Origin: Octopus sinensis
Lineage: Eukaryota
Direction: 5' to 3'
Assembly: GCF_006345805.1 (NCBI RefSeq)
Contig: NC_043010.1
Coordinates: 7,130,001 to 7,194,000 of the forward strand
DNA length: 64,000 bases
The notes under the pieces were generated by a model. That model saw nothing but the letters and a program-made list of their open reading frames with translations. It was not told the DNA's origin and did no database searches. The position numbers and the translations under genes are program-made. How positions within the stretch are numbered: the stretch's first letter is position 1; every line of letters starts with the position of its first letter. Positions 1 through 11,696 of the stretch are shown piece by piece.

Positions 1-12
1 AGTGGTAGAGTA

Positions 13-123
13 ATATGCTTTATTTAAAGCAGCAGAAAATTCAACAGCAAAAACTGTCCGACGAATGGGAATGTGAAACTCAGAGTAACAGGTTTTGTTG
101 AATTTTCTGCTGCTTTAAATAAA

Positions 124-131
<8 letters not shown>
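13..131. mobile_element. Short palindromic element (~45-bp arms) with an HHR-like motif as its loop; Penelope-like non-autonomous relic
   Basis: Left arm atatgctttatttaaagcagcagaaaattcaacag...ctgt is mirrored by acag...gttgaattttctgctgctttaaataaagtatat; followed by (TA)n. Confidence 0.75.
54..91 (+). ncRNA. Minimal type I hammerhead-like motif (U4C core variant)
   Basis: CUGU-CCGACGA-AUG(GGAA)UGU-GAAAC-UCAGA-GUA^-ACAG; stem I CUGU/ACAG; stem II weak (G-U rich). Confidence 0.5.
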
Positions 132-158
<27 letters not shown>

Positions 159-327
159 AGGAAAAATATCTGTGTAAGTTTGTGCATATGCATATACACA
201 TATTTATATCACTAAATTTCTTACGTCAACATTTCTTAGAAGATTTTATACTATTTTTTTTTATATATGTAAGCATATATTATTATATGAATGCTTGGAT
301 GCTGTTGTTTTTATGTGTAAAATGCAA

Positions 328-364
<37 letters not shown>

Positions 365-673
365 AATAAAGGAAAAGTAAAACAGAACTAATCGCTATGT
401 GTAGTCATATTCAGAAATTTCTATTGTATTTTGGGGGTGGGGGTGACAGACAAATCACTGGTGATGTCAGACATCATATGACAGTCAGCCATCTTGTTTA
501 TTGCTTTTTCAACCATTGCAGGAGTCCACTAAATATGGCTGTGTCCAATGAGTATCGAACATTAGCATGAAACCATGGTACAGATATAATATCACATGCT
601 AAATGCTTATGTGTGCACACACACATGCACACATGCATGCACAACTCCCCACTTATATATATATATATATATA

Positions 674-1060
674 CTCTTTTACTTGTTTCAGTCATTTGAC
701 TGCGGCCATGCTGGAGCACCGCCTTTAGTCGAGCAAATCGACCCCGGGACTTATTCTTTGTAAGCCCAGTACTTATTCTATCGTTCTCTTTTGCCGAACC
801 ACTAAGTGACGGGGACGTAAACACACCAGCATCGGTTGTCAAGCAATGCTAGGGGGACAAACACACACACACACACATACACATATATACATATATACGA
901 CAGGCTTCTTTCAGTTTCCATCTACCAAATCCACTCACAAGGCATTGGTCGGCCCGGGGCTATAGCAGAAGACACTTGCCCAAGATGCCACGCAGTGGGA
1001 CTGAACCCGGAACCATGTGGTTGGTTAGCAAGCTACTTACCACACAGCCACTCCTGCACC
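674..1060 (-). mobile_element. tRNA-derived SINE family A (CORE-like centre, internal (TA)n/(TG)n), full length
   Basis: Reverse complement of the 2481-2876 and 9064-9484 copies; tRNA-like head, cttgggcaagtgtctt CORE-like motif, tail gactgaaacaagtaaaagag. Confidence 0.9.
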
Positions 1061-1208
1061 TATATATATATATATCTGTATATTTATATTGATATACATG
1101 TGCAAATGAATATACATAAATCATTATTTCAACATGTTTTTGAATGCTGGCATTGGTTAATATGAGTGTCGTTGTCTCCTTTCTTAATTAATTAAGTACA
1201 AAAAAATA

Positions 1209-1655
1209 ACAGGCATAGCTATGTGGTTAAAAAACCTGTTTCACAACTGTTAGCTTTGGTTTGGTTCCAATCCCTCAATGAAGTACCTTGAACAAGTGTC
1301 TTGTGTTATAGGTTTGGACTGACCAATGCCTTGAAAGTGAATTTGATTGATGGAAACTGTATGGAAGCCCATTGTATGTATGTGTGTGTGTGTGAGAGTG
1401 TGAGTGTGTGTGCATATGTTTGTGTGTGTGTCTTAGTGTGTGTGTGAGTCTGTCACCTACCTACCTACTGCTTGACAATTGGTGATAGTTTGATAATGTC
1501 CACATAACATTGTGGTTCAGCAAAAGAAATTGACTGAATAAATATGAGACTTTGAAAAATAAATATTGGGGCCAGTTTGCTTGACTAGACCCTTCAAGGC
1601 AGTGTCCCAGCATGGCTGCAGTCCAATGACTGAAACAAGTAAAAAATTAAAAGAT
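1209..1655 (+). mobile_element. Older diverged SINE family A copy
   Basis: Colinear with family A: accttgaacaagtgtctt, gaccaatgccttg, ccagcatggctgcagtccaatgactgaaacaag. Confidence 0.7.
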
Positions 1656-1875
1656 ATCTTTCTGAAACATTGAGACTCCTTTATTATAAACTACAGTTTT
1701 GTTATCCTATAATTTGCATTATGTAATAATCAATTGAAATTCTTATTCATTTAAACATGTTACACCCTAATTATGAAATTATCAAAAGTAGTGAATATAT
1801 AACCTCATTAAGGGCAATGTATTGGACTCTGTCTTCAAAATAATGTCATATCTAATTTGATATGTCTCTCTAGAC

Positions 1876-2094
1876 CAGTGGTTTTCAACCAGGGTTCCTC
1901 AGAACCTTAGGGTTCCGCCAGTACAATCCAGGGGTTCTGCAAGAAGTTTCAAAACTGCTAAAATCGGCAGTAATTTTTAATTCTCCTGTGCAGATATGTG
2001 TGCATAAGACTATTAAATTATTGCACAGGGGTTCCTCGAGCCAGTGGAATGTTTCCTTGGGGTTCTGCTCCAGCAAAAAGGTTGAAAAGCACTG
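1876..2094. mobile_element. hAT (Charlie-like) MITE
   Basis: TIRs cagtggttttcaacc / ggttgaaaagcactg; perfect 8-bp TSD ctctagac at 1868-1875 and 2095-2102. Confidence 0.9.
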
Positions 2095-2154
2095 CTCTAG
2101 ACCATATGAAGTCAACTTTCTAGAACAAAATAAAATGTGTGCATACATAAAAGC

Positions 2155-2478
2155 CTTGGGTGATGCCTCGGGATCAACCAACCTTATGAGTGGATTTGGT
2201 AGAGAGAAACTGAAAGAAGCTGGTTGTACACTTATGTGTGTGTGTGCGTTTGTGCCTGTGTTTGTCCCCCTCCACTGCTGCTTGATGAATAGTGTTCGTG
2301 TGTTTACATCCCTGTAACTTAGCAATTTGGCAAAAGAGACAGATGGAATAGGTACCAGGCCTTAAAAAAAACAAAAAACAATAAATACTGGGGTTGATTC
2401 ATTTGACTAAAATTTCTTCAATGCACTGCCCCAGTATGGCCACGATCTAATAACTGAAACAAGTAAAAGATAAAAGAT
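2155..2478 (+). mobile_element. 5'-truncated older SINE A copy
   Basis: gagtggatttggtagagagaaactgaaagaagc ... actgaaacaagtaaaagataaaag. Confidence 0.75.
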
Positions 2479-2480
2479 AG

Positions 2481-2876
2481 AGTGGCTGTGTGGTAAGTAG
2501 CTTGCTTACCAACCACATGGTTCTGGGTTCAGTCCCACTGCGTGGCATCTTGGGCAAGTGTCTTCTGCTATAGCCCCGGGCCGACCAATGCCTTGTGAGT
2601 GGATTTGGTAGACAAAAACTGAAAGAAGCCCGCCGTATATATGTATATATATATGCGTGTGTGTGTTTGTGTGTCTGTGTTTGTCCCCCTAGCATTGCTT
2701 CACAACCGATGCTGGTGTGTTTATGTCCCCGTTACTTAGCGGTTCGGCAAAAGAGACCGATAGAATAAGTACTGGGCTTACAAAAGAATAAGTCCCGGGG
2801 TCGAGTTGCTCGATTAAAGGCGGTGCTCCAACATGGCCGCAGTCAAATGACTGAAACAAGTAAAAGAGTAAAGATA
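2481..2876 (+). mobile_element. Young SINE A copy, head-to-tail with the preceding copy
   Basis: Near-identical to the other young family A copies in the window. Confidence 0.9.
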
Positions 2877-3959
2877 TAGTTTATTTTAAATTGCTGGGAT
2901 TAATATTTTTTTTAGATATTGACTTTTAGGATTTGATGGCAGATTATTTCAAATTTGAATGCAATCAAAAATTTGGTCTCAGTCTAGGACTCTAGAACTT
3001 ACTTTGGATAATATTCTAATATTACATTGTAAGTAACCGAATCCTTTGCTTTTCTCAAGTTTTGGAAGACAATATTAAAATTTGAACATTATTTCAATGT
3101 GTAAACAAATTCATCATTGGGGTAGTATATAAAATGTTTGCTACTATCAAACAGATTGAAAATTATGTTCATTTAGATTTAAAGATTTGTTTTCTAGAAG
3201 TTCAATATATTTTTAACTTGGCATTCTTTGAAATAGTTCCATCATGTGGAAGGAGTGTTAAATCAACCTGAATTTGTTTTGAAACGTCAAAAGACATGTC
3301 TCCATTATGAAAAAGAAAGCATCATATATTGGCAGAAAAAGATGAAGTTAAGATCAACAACAAGAAATCAATTATGCATCTGGAAAGGATGACACTAATA
3401 AATGGGTTGTAATGGGAATGAAAGACTGTATACAAGAAACTGAGAAAAGACGGAAAATAAGGAGAAACAAAGGAGCCAGAGTCAACAAGAGAATGTCTAC
3501 TTGTTTCTTCCACCTGCTAGAAATGGGAACCAAAATTCCCTCAGATCTCCACCTTCCCCTGTTAACAAAAATGTGAAATGTTGGAAATGTAGCATTAGAT
3601 AAACTATGATGACTAAAAAAAATAATAATAATAATAATAATAGTAAAAAAGCAGAGAATGTTAGCTAGAATGACTTTGGTCAAATGGCTAACTGCTCAAT
3701 CAGAGTTGATAAGAAGCTAAACTCATATGCATGAGGTCAGGAGGGGACTTTGCACCAGCCACAGATTTGGTCAGTAGCCCTCAACAGGTTGTCTCATAGG
3801 AACCTCCAGTTGTCCTCCACATTATATGATGCTACATCCTCCTCTTTTTCATCAAAAGCTTCAAGTAATATGTCTCCAAATCTCTCTCCATTCAGAGGAT
3901 CCATAAGCTTCCAGACCCTTCTTTTCCACACTGTGTGTATATATATTTATATAATAATA

Positions 3960-4410
3960 ATATCAGGGAGTAAATCCAAACTTACAGGGAAAAATTAGAT
4001 TTAGGATTAAATCTAATTTTACAGTATAAATATATATTAAATTAGAGCTAAAACCACTATTAGGCAAATCAAACAGTGAAAAACATAAACCAAAACATAG
4101 AAATATAATTAACCCTTTCGTTACCAACCCGGCTAAAACCGGCTTTGACTCTGTAGTATAAATGTCTTCTTTTCATAAGTTTTCAATTAAAATCTTCCAC
4201 TAAACCTTCGTCACAATTTATGTTCCTTACACTAGCTTAATGGTAACTAAGTTATTTTACTTTGTTATATTTAAAGTAATTGAAAGAAACACAGAGCATC
4301 TCAAAAGAAATACAGTAACGAAAGGGTTAATTAATTTTATTTCTATGCTTTGGTTTATGTTTTACACTGTTTGATTTGCCTAATAGTGGTTTTATCTCTA
4401 ATCTAATATA
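3960..4410. mobile_element. Palindromic element (same family as 11960-12440), split at its axis by a piggyBac MITE
   Basis: Arms aattagagctaaaaccactattaggcaaatcaaacagtg...catagaaat and atttctatg...cactgtttgatttgcctaatagtggttttatctctaat; (TA)n flank. Confidence 0.75.
4113..4326. mobile_element. piggyBac-type MITE
   Basis: TTAA on both sides (4109-4112, 4327-4330); perfect 12-bp TIR ccctttcgttac/gtaacgaaaggg; homologous to 5866-6088 and 51561-52019. Confidence 0.9.
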
Positions 4411-4487
4411 TATATATATTTATATATATATATATATATATATTTGTAAAAAAGAAGTTTGAAAACGCCACTATATTAGATAAATTT

Positions 4488-4625
4488 TAATTTTACATGT
4501 TTCGGTTCTTGAAAAAACGAACCTTATCAAAAAAATTTATTATAAAAAGTATAATGGAACAGTTCATAATCGTTACATACATTCAATAGATTCCATGTTC
4601 TTGAAAAGACGAACCTTATCAAATA
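4488..4625 (-). ncRNA. HHR-like motif with U3-A8 core, plus a partial tandem second copy
   Basis: Minus strand UUU-UUGAUAA-GGUUC(GUUUUUUCAA)GAACC-GAAAC-AU-GUA^-AAA; gttcttgaaaa..cgaaccttatcaa repeated at ~4596-4622. Confidence 0.45.
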
Positions 4626-4678
4626 TATTATAAAGAGTGTAATAGAAAAAATCCATAGTCGTTCCTTACTGTTTTATA

Positions 4679-4731
<53 letters not shown>

Positions 4732-4794
4732 TATATATACATATATACATATTTATGTGTGTGTGTGTATGCATATGTCTGTGCATAATTGCAT

Positions 4795-5043
4795 GTTTGT
4801 GTTTCTATATCTTGACATTGTGAGATAGTTGTAAATGAAAGCCACTGTCATGCAAGCAGTGTCATCACTTGTTTCCAGTATTATTCTGCAAAATTATATC
4901 TGGCCATGGGGAAATCTAACCTTGCTTGGAAACAGGTGAGTGTTGGCGACTGGAAAAGCAACCAGCTGTAGAAAAATCTCTCTTAATAAACCTCATCCCT
5001 TAATAAACCATGGAAAAGTGGACATTAAAACGATGTTGATGAT
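4795..5043 (+). mobile_element. Old SINE-like repeat ending in an RTE-type 3' tail
   Basis: ccagctgtagaaa...catggaaaagtggacattaaaacgatgttgatgat matches the tail of the RTE copies elsewhere in the window. Confidence 0.55.
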
Positions 5044-5508
5044 TAAAAGGTTATGCAGTGATGTAAAGGTAGCATTAATCAATGACTAATATTATTTTAA
5101 TCATTTTGACAAATATGGCAAACAACATCAGATGTGTTTTGGTCTTATCAAACTTCCTACAAGAAGTATAGAATTCATCGTTCTTACCAAAGTGATGATG
5201 AGACAATCAATAAGTAACTCTACAATATTCTATAAGTGAAGATATGAATAATTAGTAATAATTAGCTTTTTTTTTCTAAATGAACTCATTAAGGTTAATT
5301 ATTCAACATCAAATGGAAAAACAGTATTTAAATTAAAAGTTAATATATTCAATGTGGTCCTTTTAACAAGGCTGAAGTCGTCTTCCTCATTTACCCAAAT
5401 CATTAAAATAGCTAATGTTGTCTTTTACTCATTACATAATATTTCTAATTAGATTTTAATGCTCACCACGTTATATTGGTACTAACTTGGCTATTATTTT
5501 TCTTGCAG

Positions 5509-5555
5509 ATGGTGTCCCCGAAAATGGCCACAGATTTGAGACTGGGAATAAATGG
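5509..5555 (+). CDS. Candidate internal host exon (47 nt), e.g. xDGVPENGHRFETGNKW
   Basis: Perfect TACTAAC branch motif (5480-5486), tattatttttcttgcag acceptor, GTAACA donor; open in two frames. Product not recognised. Confidence 0.5.
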
Positions 5556-5865
5556 GTAACATTTTGTCCTCATGTATAATGCACACACTTAATTTTTAAG
5601 CATAAAAGATCAAAGAAAATGTGCATATTATACACAAATAAATACAGTAAACTCAGTGATTTATTTTATTAAAATATCACAACACAAACACACACATACG
5701 GTTTTTTTTTTTTAGATATAAACATCATATAGGTATTAAAGAGAGCATATTTAGGCTTAGATATGAGAGTAAGCATGTGTGGACAAAATAGGTAATAGAT
5801 ATTTTGACATCATTATCGTTGCTGTTGTTGTCAACATTGTCATCATCTTCCTCATTGTTGTTTAA

Positions 5866-6088
5866 CCCTTTCATTACTGTATTTATTTTGAGATGATCTG
5901 TGTTTCTTTCAATTTATTTTAAACATAACAAAGAATTTAGTAAAGTAACTTCGTTATCATTCAGCTAGTGTTAGGAACATAAATTGTGAATTAAGGTTTG
6001 GTGGAAGATTTTAATTAAAAACTTATGAAAACAAAACATTTGTACTACAGAGCCAGAGCCGGTTTTAGCTGGGTTAGTAACAAAAGGG
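5866..6088. mobile_element. piggyBac-type MITE, opposite orientation to 4113-4326
   Basis: ttaa|ccctttcattac ... gtaacaaaaggg|ttaa; body is the reverse complement of the 4113 copy. Confidence 0.9.
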
Positions 6089-6154
6089 TTAACATCCGTT
6101 TTTCCCTTTGGCTTGAGCTAGACAGTCTGACAGGAACCAGAGGACTTTGCTAGG

Positions 6155-6333
6155 CACTAGCATAGCTGGGCTGAGGAGAGCAGGGGCAGTCCACCCCGGG
6201 CGGCACTTTCAAAGAGGTGGCACTTTTCATCCTGTTGAAGGCTATTGCTGTAGGCAATATGTGCTTTTTGTGGGGTTTGGGACCAGCAAACAGAAGGGCC
6301 ACTTTGGTGGCACACACTCTGGCTAAGCTAATG
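6155..6333. mobile_element. Old hAT-like MITE
   Basis: Imperfect TIR cactagcatagctgg/ctggctaagctaatg; degenerate 8-bp TSD ttgctagg/atgccagg; shares ggtggcacacactct with 22551-22766. Confidence 0.6.
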
Positions 6334-6673
6334 ATGCCAGGCTCCAATGTCTGCTTTGGTATGGCTTCTCTGGCTAGATACCATTCCTAGCACCAACTAC
6401 TCTACGAAGTGAGCTAAATATTTTATTGCGGCACCAACACTAGTAGAGTCACCAAGTAATCTACAAGACAAGATCCCTCAACTGAGTGTAGGTGAATTAT
6501 TGAGGGAGCTAGCTTCATACCAGGCGTTGAGTGGTTAAAGAATGATAGAAGGACAAGAACAGATTTCTTGCTGAAGAGGAAAGGCAGGACTTCGCCAGCT
6601 AGAAATAGAGAAAAGAGATGTAAGGGTGTTTCCTCACTGTGCAAGGTCAATAAAAGAGAAAACAGGGATAGAG

Positions 6674-6930
6674 CAGTAGTTCACAAATGGGATCCATTTG
6701 GCCCTTAGGGGGTCCATAAAAGATTTTGTTGTTAAAATTTATGTGCAATAAATTTGTTATACATCTACAATGCACAAAATTATTTTAACAATTTTTAAAT
6801 ACAATTCATAACAATATTTAATTATGAAAATATAATATGATTTTTTAAAGTATCGAATCGTTAAGGACGTCCATATGAATAAAATAGAAATCAACAGAAT
6901 CCATGGATAAAAAATAGTCGAGAAACCCTG
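6674..6930. mobile_element. Old hAT (Charlie-like) MITE
   Basis: Ends cagtagttcacaaa...gtcgagaaaccctg; degenerate TSD ggatagag/gcattgag. Confidence 0.6.
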
Positions 6931-7451
6931 GCATTGAGGATCTTAATGGGGTGAGTGGGTAGGTAAGTTTGCGAGAGTGTGAAAGGAACATGACAGATGG
7001 TTAGCAAAGGGGATTGAGCCGGAGGCAGTGAATGAGACTAAACAATGATGAGTAGAGCCAATACCGACCTACTGTGATTTGCAAGAACAGCTTTAATGAA
7101 CAAAAAAGATGCTACTGGAGCCCAGATGGATGATTGCGTTTGTAAATGATATTGCACGGCATATGATTAGTCAGTTATGAAACAAATCAATTTCCATTTC
7201 TAAACTAGAAACTTTGCGCTTCACACCACTGATGATTACTGGAACTCTCTCTCTCTCTCTCTCTCTCTCCTCTCTCTCTATATATATATATATATATAAT
7301 ATATATATATATATAATATATATATATATGTATATGTATATATGTACATATATATATACATATTTACATATATAATCTATATGTATATATATATGTACAT
7401 ATATATATATATATGTATTTATATATGCATATATATACATATATATATATA

Positions 7452-7493
<42 letters not shown>

Positions 7494-7571
7494 TATTTAT
7501 ATACATATATATACATTATATATATACATATATATATATACATATATACATATATTATATATAATACATAC

Positions 7572-7609
<38 letters not shown>

Positions 7610-8291
7610 CATATATACATACATGTATGTATGTATACATAGCTATGATACGTGCATGTATGTGTAAGCTTGCATCACACAAATAGCAAGTTACAAAAGT
7701 TTCCAGCTTATCCATACAACAGAGACAACGATGCTGGCAGTAACCTAAAAGTCACACATGTTAAGTAACATATGGATAGAAACCGGGATTGGTTATAAAG
7801 AATACAGGAATGACAAAGATTAATGCTGCAAGATTAAGCCTTAGACTGCTTAGACTTATAAAAGACGATACCAAAAGATAGACAAACTCGAAGTTATAAG
7901 GATTAAACTCTGGTTTATATTCACATCAACAAATGCTAAAACAAAAAATGTAATAATGTATTTGACTGTGTTCAAGTCTGTGCATGGGTGTATATATGTG
8001 TCAATGCTTATGTGTGTGTATCTATATGTCTATCCAACTGTTTGTTTATCTAACCATATACATACACACAGAGAAACACATACTTATTGTATACATGTGT
8101 GTATGTGTGTACACATATATAATACTATATATGTATGTATAATATTTATAATATGTATACATTTATATCATATGCATGCATATATTTATATTTATGTATA
8201 TGGTGTCCTGTACACATATATGCGTGTATATGTACATGTAGAGGTAGGTACGTACATATATGTTATATATATGCATATGTTCTATTTTATT

Positions 8292-8322
<31 letters not shown>

Positions 8323-8400
8323 CTACAATATATATATATAATATATATATTATATATATATATATATTATATATATATAATATATATAAATATATGAACT

Positions 8401-8488
8401 TATAAGTCCGGGGTCGAGTTGCTTGATTAAAGGCGGTGCTCCAGCATGGCCATAGTCATATGACTGAAACAAGTAAAAGAGTAAAAGA

Positions 8489-8489
<1 letters not shown>
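8401..8489 (+). mobile_element. SINE A 3' tail fragment
   Basis: ggggtcgagttgcttgattaaaggcggtgctccagcatggcc...gaaacaagtaaaagag. Confidence 0.85.
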
Positions 8490-8528
<39 letters not shown>

Positions 8529-8634
8529 ATGTATGTATGTATGTACGTATATGTATGTATATGTGTGTGGTGAGTGTGTGTATGCATCCTACATCTGTAT
8601 GTACGAGCTGAGACAAAGTGTTTTTTTTCTATAG

Positions 8635-8811
8635 AAAACTGTCAATTGTCCATGCATGAAAGTCATCCCTTTCCTCGTCCCCACTGTTGCTCAGTTGTCC
8701 AAGGGAAACGCTACCACTTTAAATCTGATACAGCTTGATACTAGCGCCATTGCCGATATTAATGTCAGAACACAAAACTCCAGAACAAAAACCACAAAGG
8801 ATCTCTTCTGA
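8635..8811 (+). CDS. Candidate terminal coding exon (phase 0: KTVNCPCMKVIPFLVPTVAQLSKGNATTLNLIQLDTSAIADINVRTQNSRTKTTKDLF*)
   Basis: ttttttttctatag acceptor followed directly by 58 open codons and TGA; phase compatible with the 5509-5555 exon. No homology recognised. Confidence 0.3.
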   Translation, partial: KTVNCPCMKVIPFLVPTVAQLSKGNATTLNLIQLDTSAIADINVRTQNSRTKTTKDLF

Positions 8812-9063
8812 CACTCTAATAGTTTTGAATTCCATAGATATCACAAATTCTTTAATAAGAATTCTGTGAAGCTAAGTTACAGATGTTTGAGTATTAAACC
8901 ATTATAATGTGGATAGAAACAACACACTGAAATCTCAGAAATAAGGCAAAGTAACTGAGAGTATAGCAGTCCATGTAGTCACAAGATATCATGTTCTTAG
9001 AGGCATCATGTATTTGTGATCACGAAAATGAAAATTAAAAATAAAAATATACATAAAATATAT

Positions 9064-9233
9064 AGGCACAGGAGTGTGTGTGGTAAGTAGCTTGCCTACC
9101 AACCACATGGTTCTGGGTTCAGTCCCACTGCGTGGCATCTTGGGCAAGTGTCTTCTTCTATAGCCTCGGGCCGACCAATGCCTTGTGAGTGGATTTGGTA
9201 GACGGAAACTGAAAGAAGCCTGTCGTATATATG

Positions 9234-9264
<31 letters not shown>

Positions 9265-9484
9265 ATATGTTTGTGTGTCTGTGTTTGTCCCTCTAGCATT
9301 GCTTGACAACCTATGCTGGTGTGTTTACGTCCCCGTTACTTAGCGGTTCGGCAAAAGAGACTGATGAAATAAGTACTGGGCTTACAAAGAATAAGTCCTG
9401 GGTTCGATTTGCTTGACTAACAGCGGTGCTCCAGCATGGCCGCAGTCAAATGACTGAAACAAGTAAAAGAGTAAAAGAGAGAGA
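9064..9484 (+). mobile_element. Young SINE A, full length
   Basis: Head ggcacaggagtg..gtggtaag to tail aagtaaaagagtaaaagag. Confidence 0.9.
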
Positions 9485-9564
9485 GTTGATTCCTTTATTC
9501 AATAAACTGCAATGAACAGGTTTTTCCTACATTTTACAGGTTATAATTCCTAAAATCACTTCGA

Positions 9565-10090
9565 TGACTGGCATCCGTGCTAGCAGGGTGCAAAGAGCAC
9601 CATACGAGTGTGATCGTTGACAGAGTGGCTATTCAAGTATGATCGTTACCAGCATCGCCTTACTGGCACTTATGCCTGTGCTAGTAGGGTGCCAAGAACA
9701 CCATCTGAGCATGATCGTTGTGATCATTGCCAGAGCCGCCAGCTGGCTTCTGTACACGTGGCACGTAAAAGGGCACCATTTGAGCATGATCGTTACCAAC
9801 GTCGCTTCACTGGCACCTGTGTCGGTGGCACATGTAAAAAGATTCGAGCGAGGTCATTGCCAGTATCGCCTAACTGGCCCCCATGCAGGTGGCATGTAAA
9901 AAGCACCCACTACACTCTTGGAGTGGTTGGCGTTAGGAAGGGCATCCAGCTGTAGAAACTGCCCGATCAAGACTGAAGCCTGGTGCAGCCATCTGGTTCG
10001 CCAGCCCTCAGTCAAAACCGTCCAACCCATGCTAACATGGAAATCGGACGTTAAATGAAATGATGATGATGATGATGATGATGATGATGT
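9565..10090 (+). mobile_element. RTE-clade LINE 3' UTR with internal subrepeats and (GAT)n tail
   Basis: Repeated gagcatgatcgttacc...cgcc.tactggcac units, then ggcatccagctgtagaaac...catggaaatcggacgttaaat and (gat)n. Confidence 0.8.
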
Positions 10091-10779
10091 GTAAGGATAA
10101 CCAAAATCAGCTTGCCAAGAGCAGCAAATCTTTGGCTGTTCCTGTTATAATATACATACACACTTCTATCCCGAAAGGATAAAAAGCAATGTTGACATCA
10201 ACAGGACCGATTCTCAAAGGGCAGAAAATCACTGTGAATTCTTTGTGACATTCAAGCCATTGTTCTAACTCAACTAATTTGTCACTTAACAACAAAACTG
10301 TTAAACCACTCAGTTGAAATACTGTTATAGATTCTTTGCATTCAATTTATAGCTGACCAAAATTTATATCTATGGAACATAGTACACGTGTACTAACTTC
10401 TAGCTTTCTTTTCATGAGATTTGTAAGTTTGATTTGATCAAATGGCAAATTTTATCCTGCTGTACCTTAGGCCCTAAATATGGCTTGCATTGATCAAGGT
10501 GCCTGATACAGATGTCTAGGTTTAGTAGTTTTAATTGCATAGTTAACTCATTTGCCTTATTTTTTTTCTTTTTTGTTACCAGTGGTAGGACTTGTGTTTT
10601 TAGGACATTTTTGTGTGTAGTGTTAATAATTAACTATTTGAGATTCCCTTATAAATATATACATATGTGTATGCATATGTATGTATGTGTTTGTATGTAT
10701 GTATGTTATATATATAATATACATATATATATGTATATTATTTTGTGTGGTGTGTATATATATAGATATACAATATATA

Positions 10780-10822
<43 letters not shown>

Positions 10823-10842
10823 ATATATATATATCTACTATA

Positions 10843-10875
<33 letters not shown>

Positions 10876-10920
10876 TATATATATATATATATATCTATAT
10901 ATATAGATATATATATTATC

Positions 10921-10953
<33 letters not shown>

Positions 10954-11146
10954 ATTAATGTAGGATAAAATTTTTTGGAAAAAAATTTTATCAATGGCCA
11001 GCATATTCAAAAATACCTTAAAGGTAAATTTATTAAATAATTTACAAATAAGGGCAAGAATTTGGCATTAGAATTTTTCTTTGCCCTTATTTTGTAATAT
11101 ATATATATATATATATATATATTGTATATATATCTATATCTATATA

Positions 11147-11193
<47 letters not shown>

Positions 11194-11614
11194 GTATGGA
11201 TTTTATATCGGTATCTAGTTTGACGCTCAATGAAAATTGACAAAGTGGAATTGAATTGATGTTTCAAGCTTAAGTTCCTCTTCCTAAACTTAGATACACA
11301 GATAAATAGATATATATATATACATGTATATAGAAGAGAAGTAGTGTGGAAAAAATGAAAAGCCAGAAATAACATAAAATCTGTTTTCCTGAGACAAGTC
11401 TTGTAAATAACAGAATTAGAATATGGGGAAGAGGTTGGGAAGGATGGCGGTTTCCATACATACAACGGCAACTGAGAAGCTAACTTCTGTGCAAATTGAG
11501 TACACATACACGTATACACATACACACACATGCCTATACACATATATATTTATATATAAGTGTTTGCATATATATATACATATATATATGACATATATAT
11601 GTATATATGTATAT

Positions 11615-11660
<46 letters not shown>

Positions 11661-11696
11661 TACAAAGTGGAGTTGTAGGGTACTGCATGAGTGGAA

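Noticed and set aside
3190-3560. Purine-rich stretch that looks coding
   Set aside because: Every frame is interrupted by stops, and no motif or clean splice sites were recognised.
7046-7232. AUGAUGA (C-box or HHR-like) followed by a GUAG/CUAC stem
   Set aside because: No GAAA after the stem for an HHR, and no suitably spaced CUGA with a terminal stem for a C/D snoRNA.
10380-10428. 16-bp palindrome with CACGTG, overlapping TACTAAC and a nearby GTAAGT
   Set aside because: Would imply a 4-nt exon after a GAG acceptor; too weak without transcript data.
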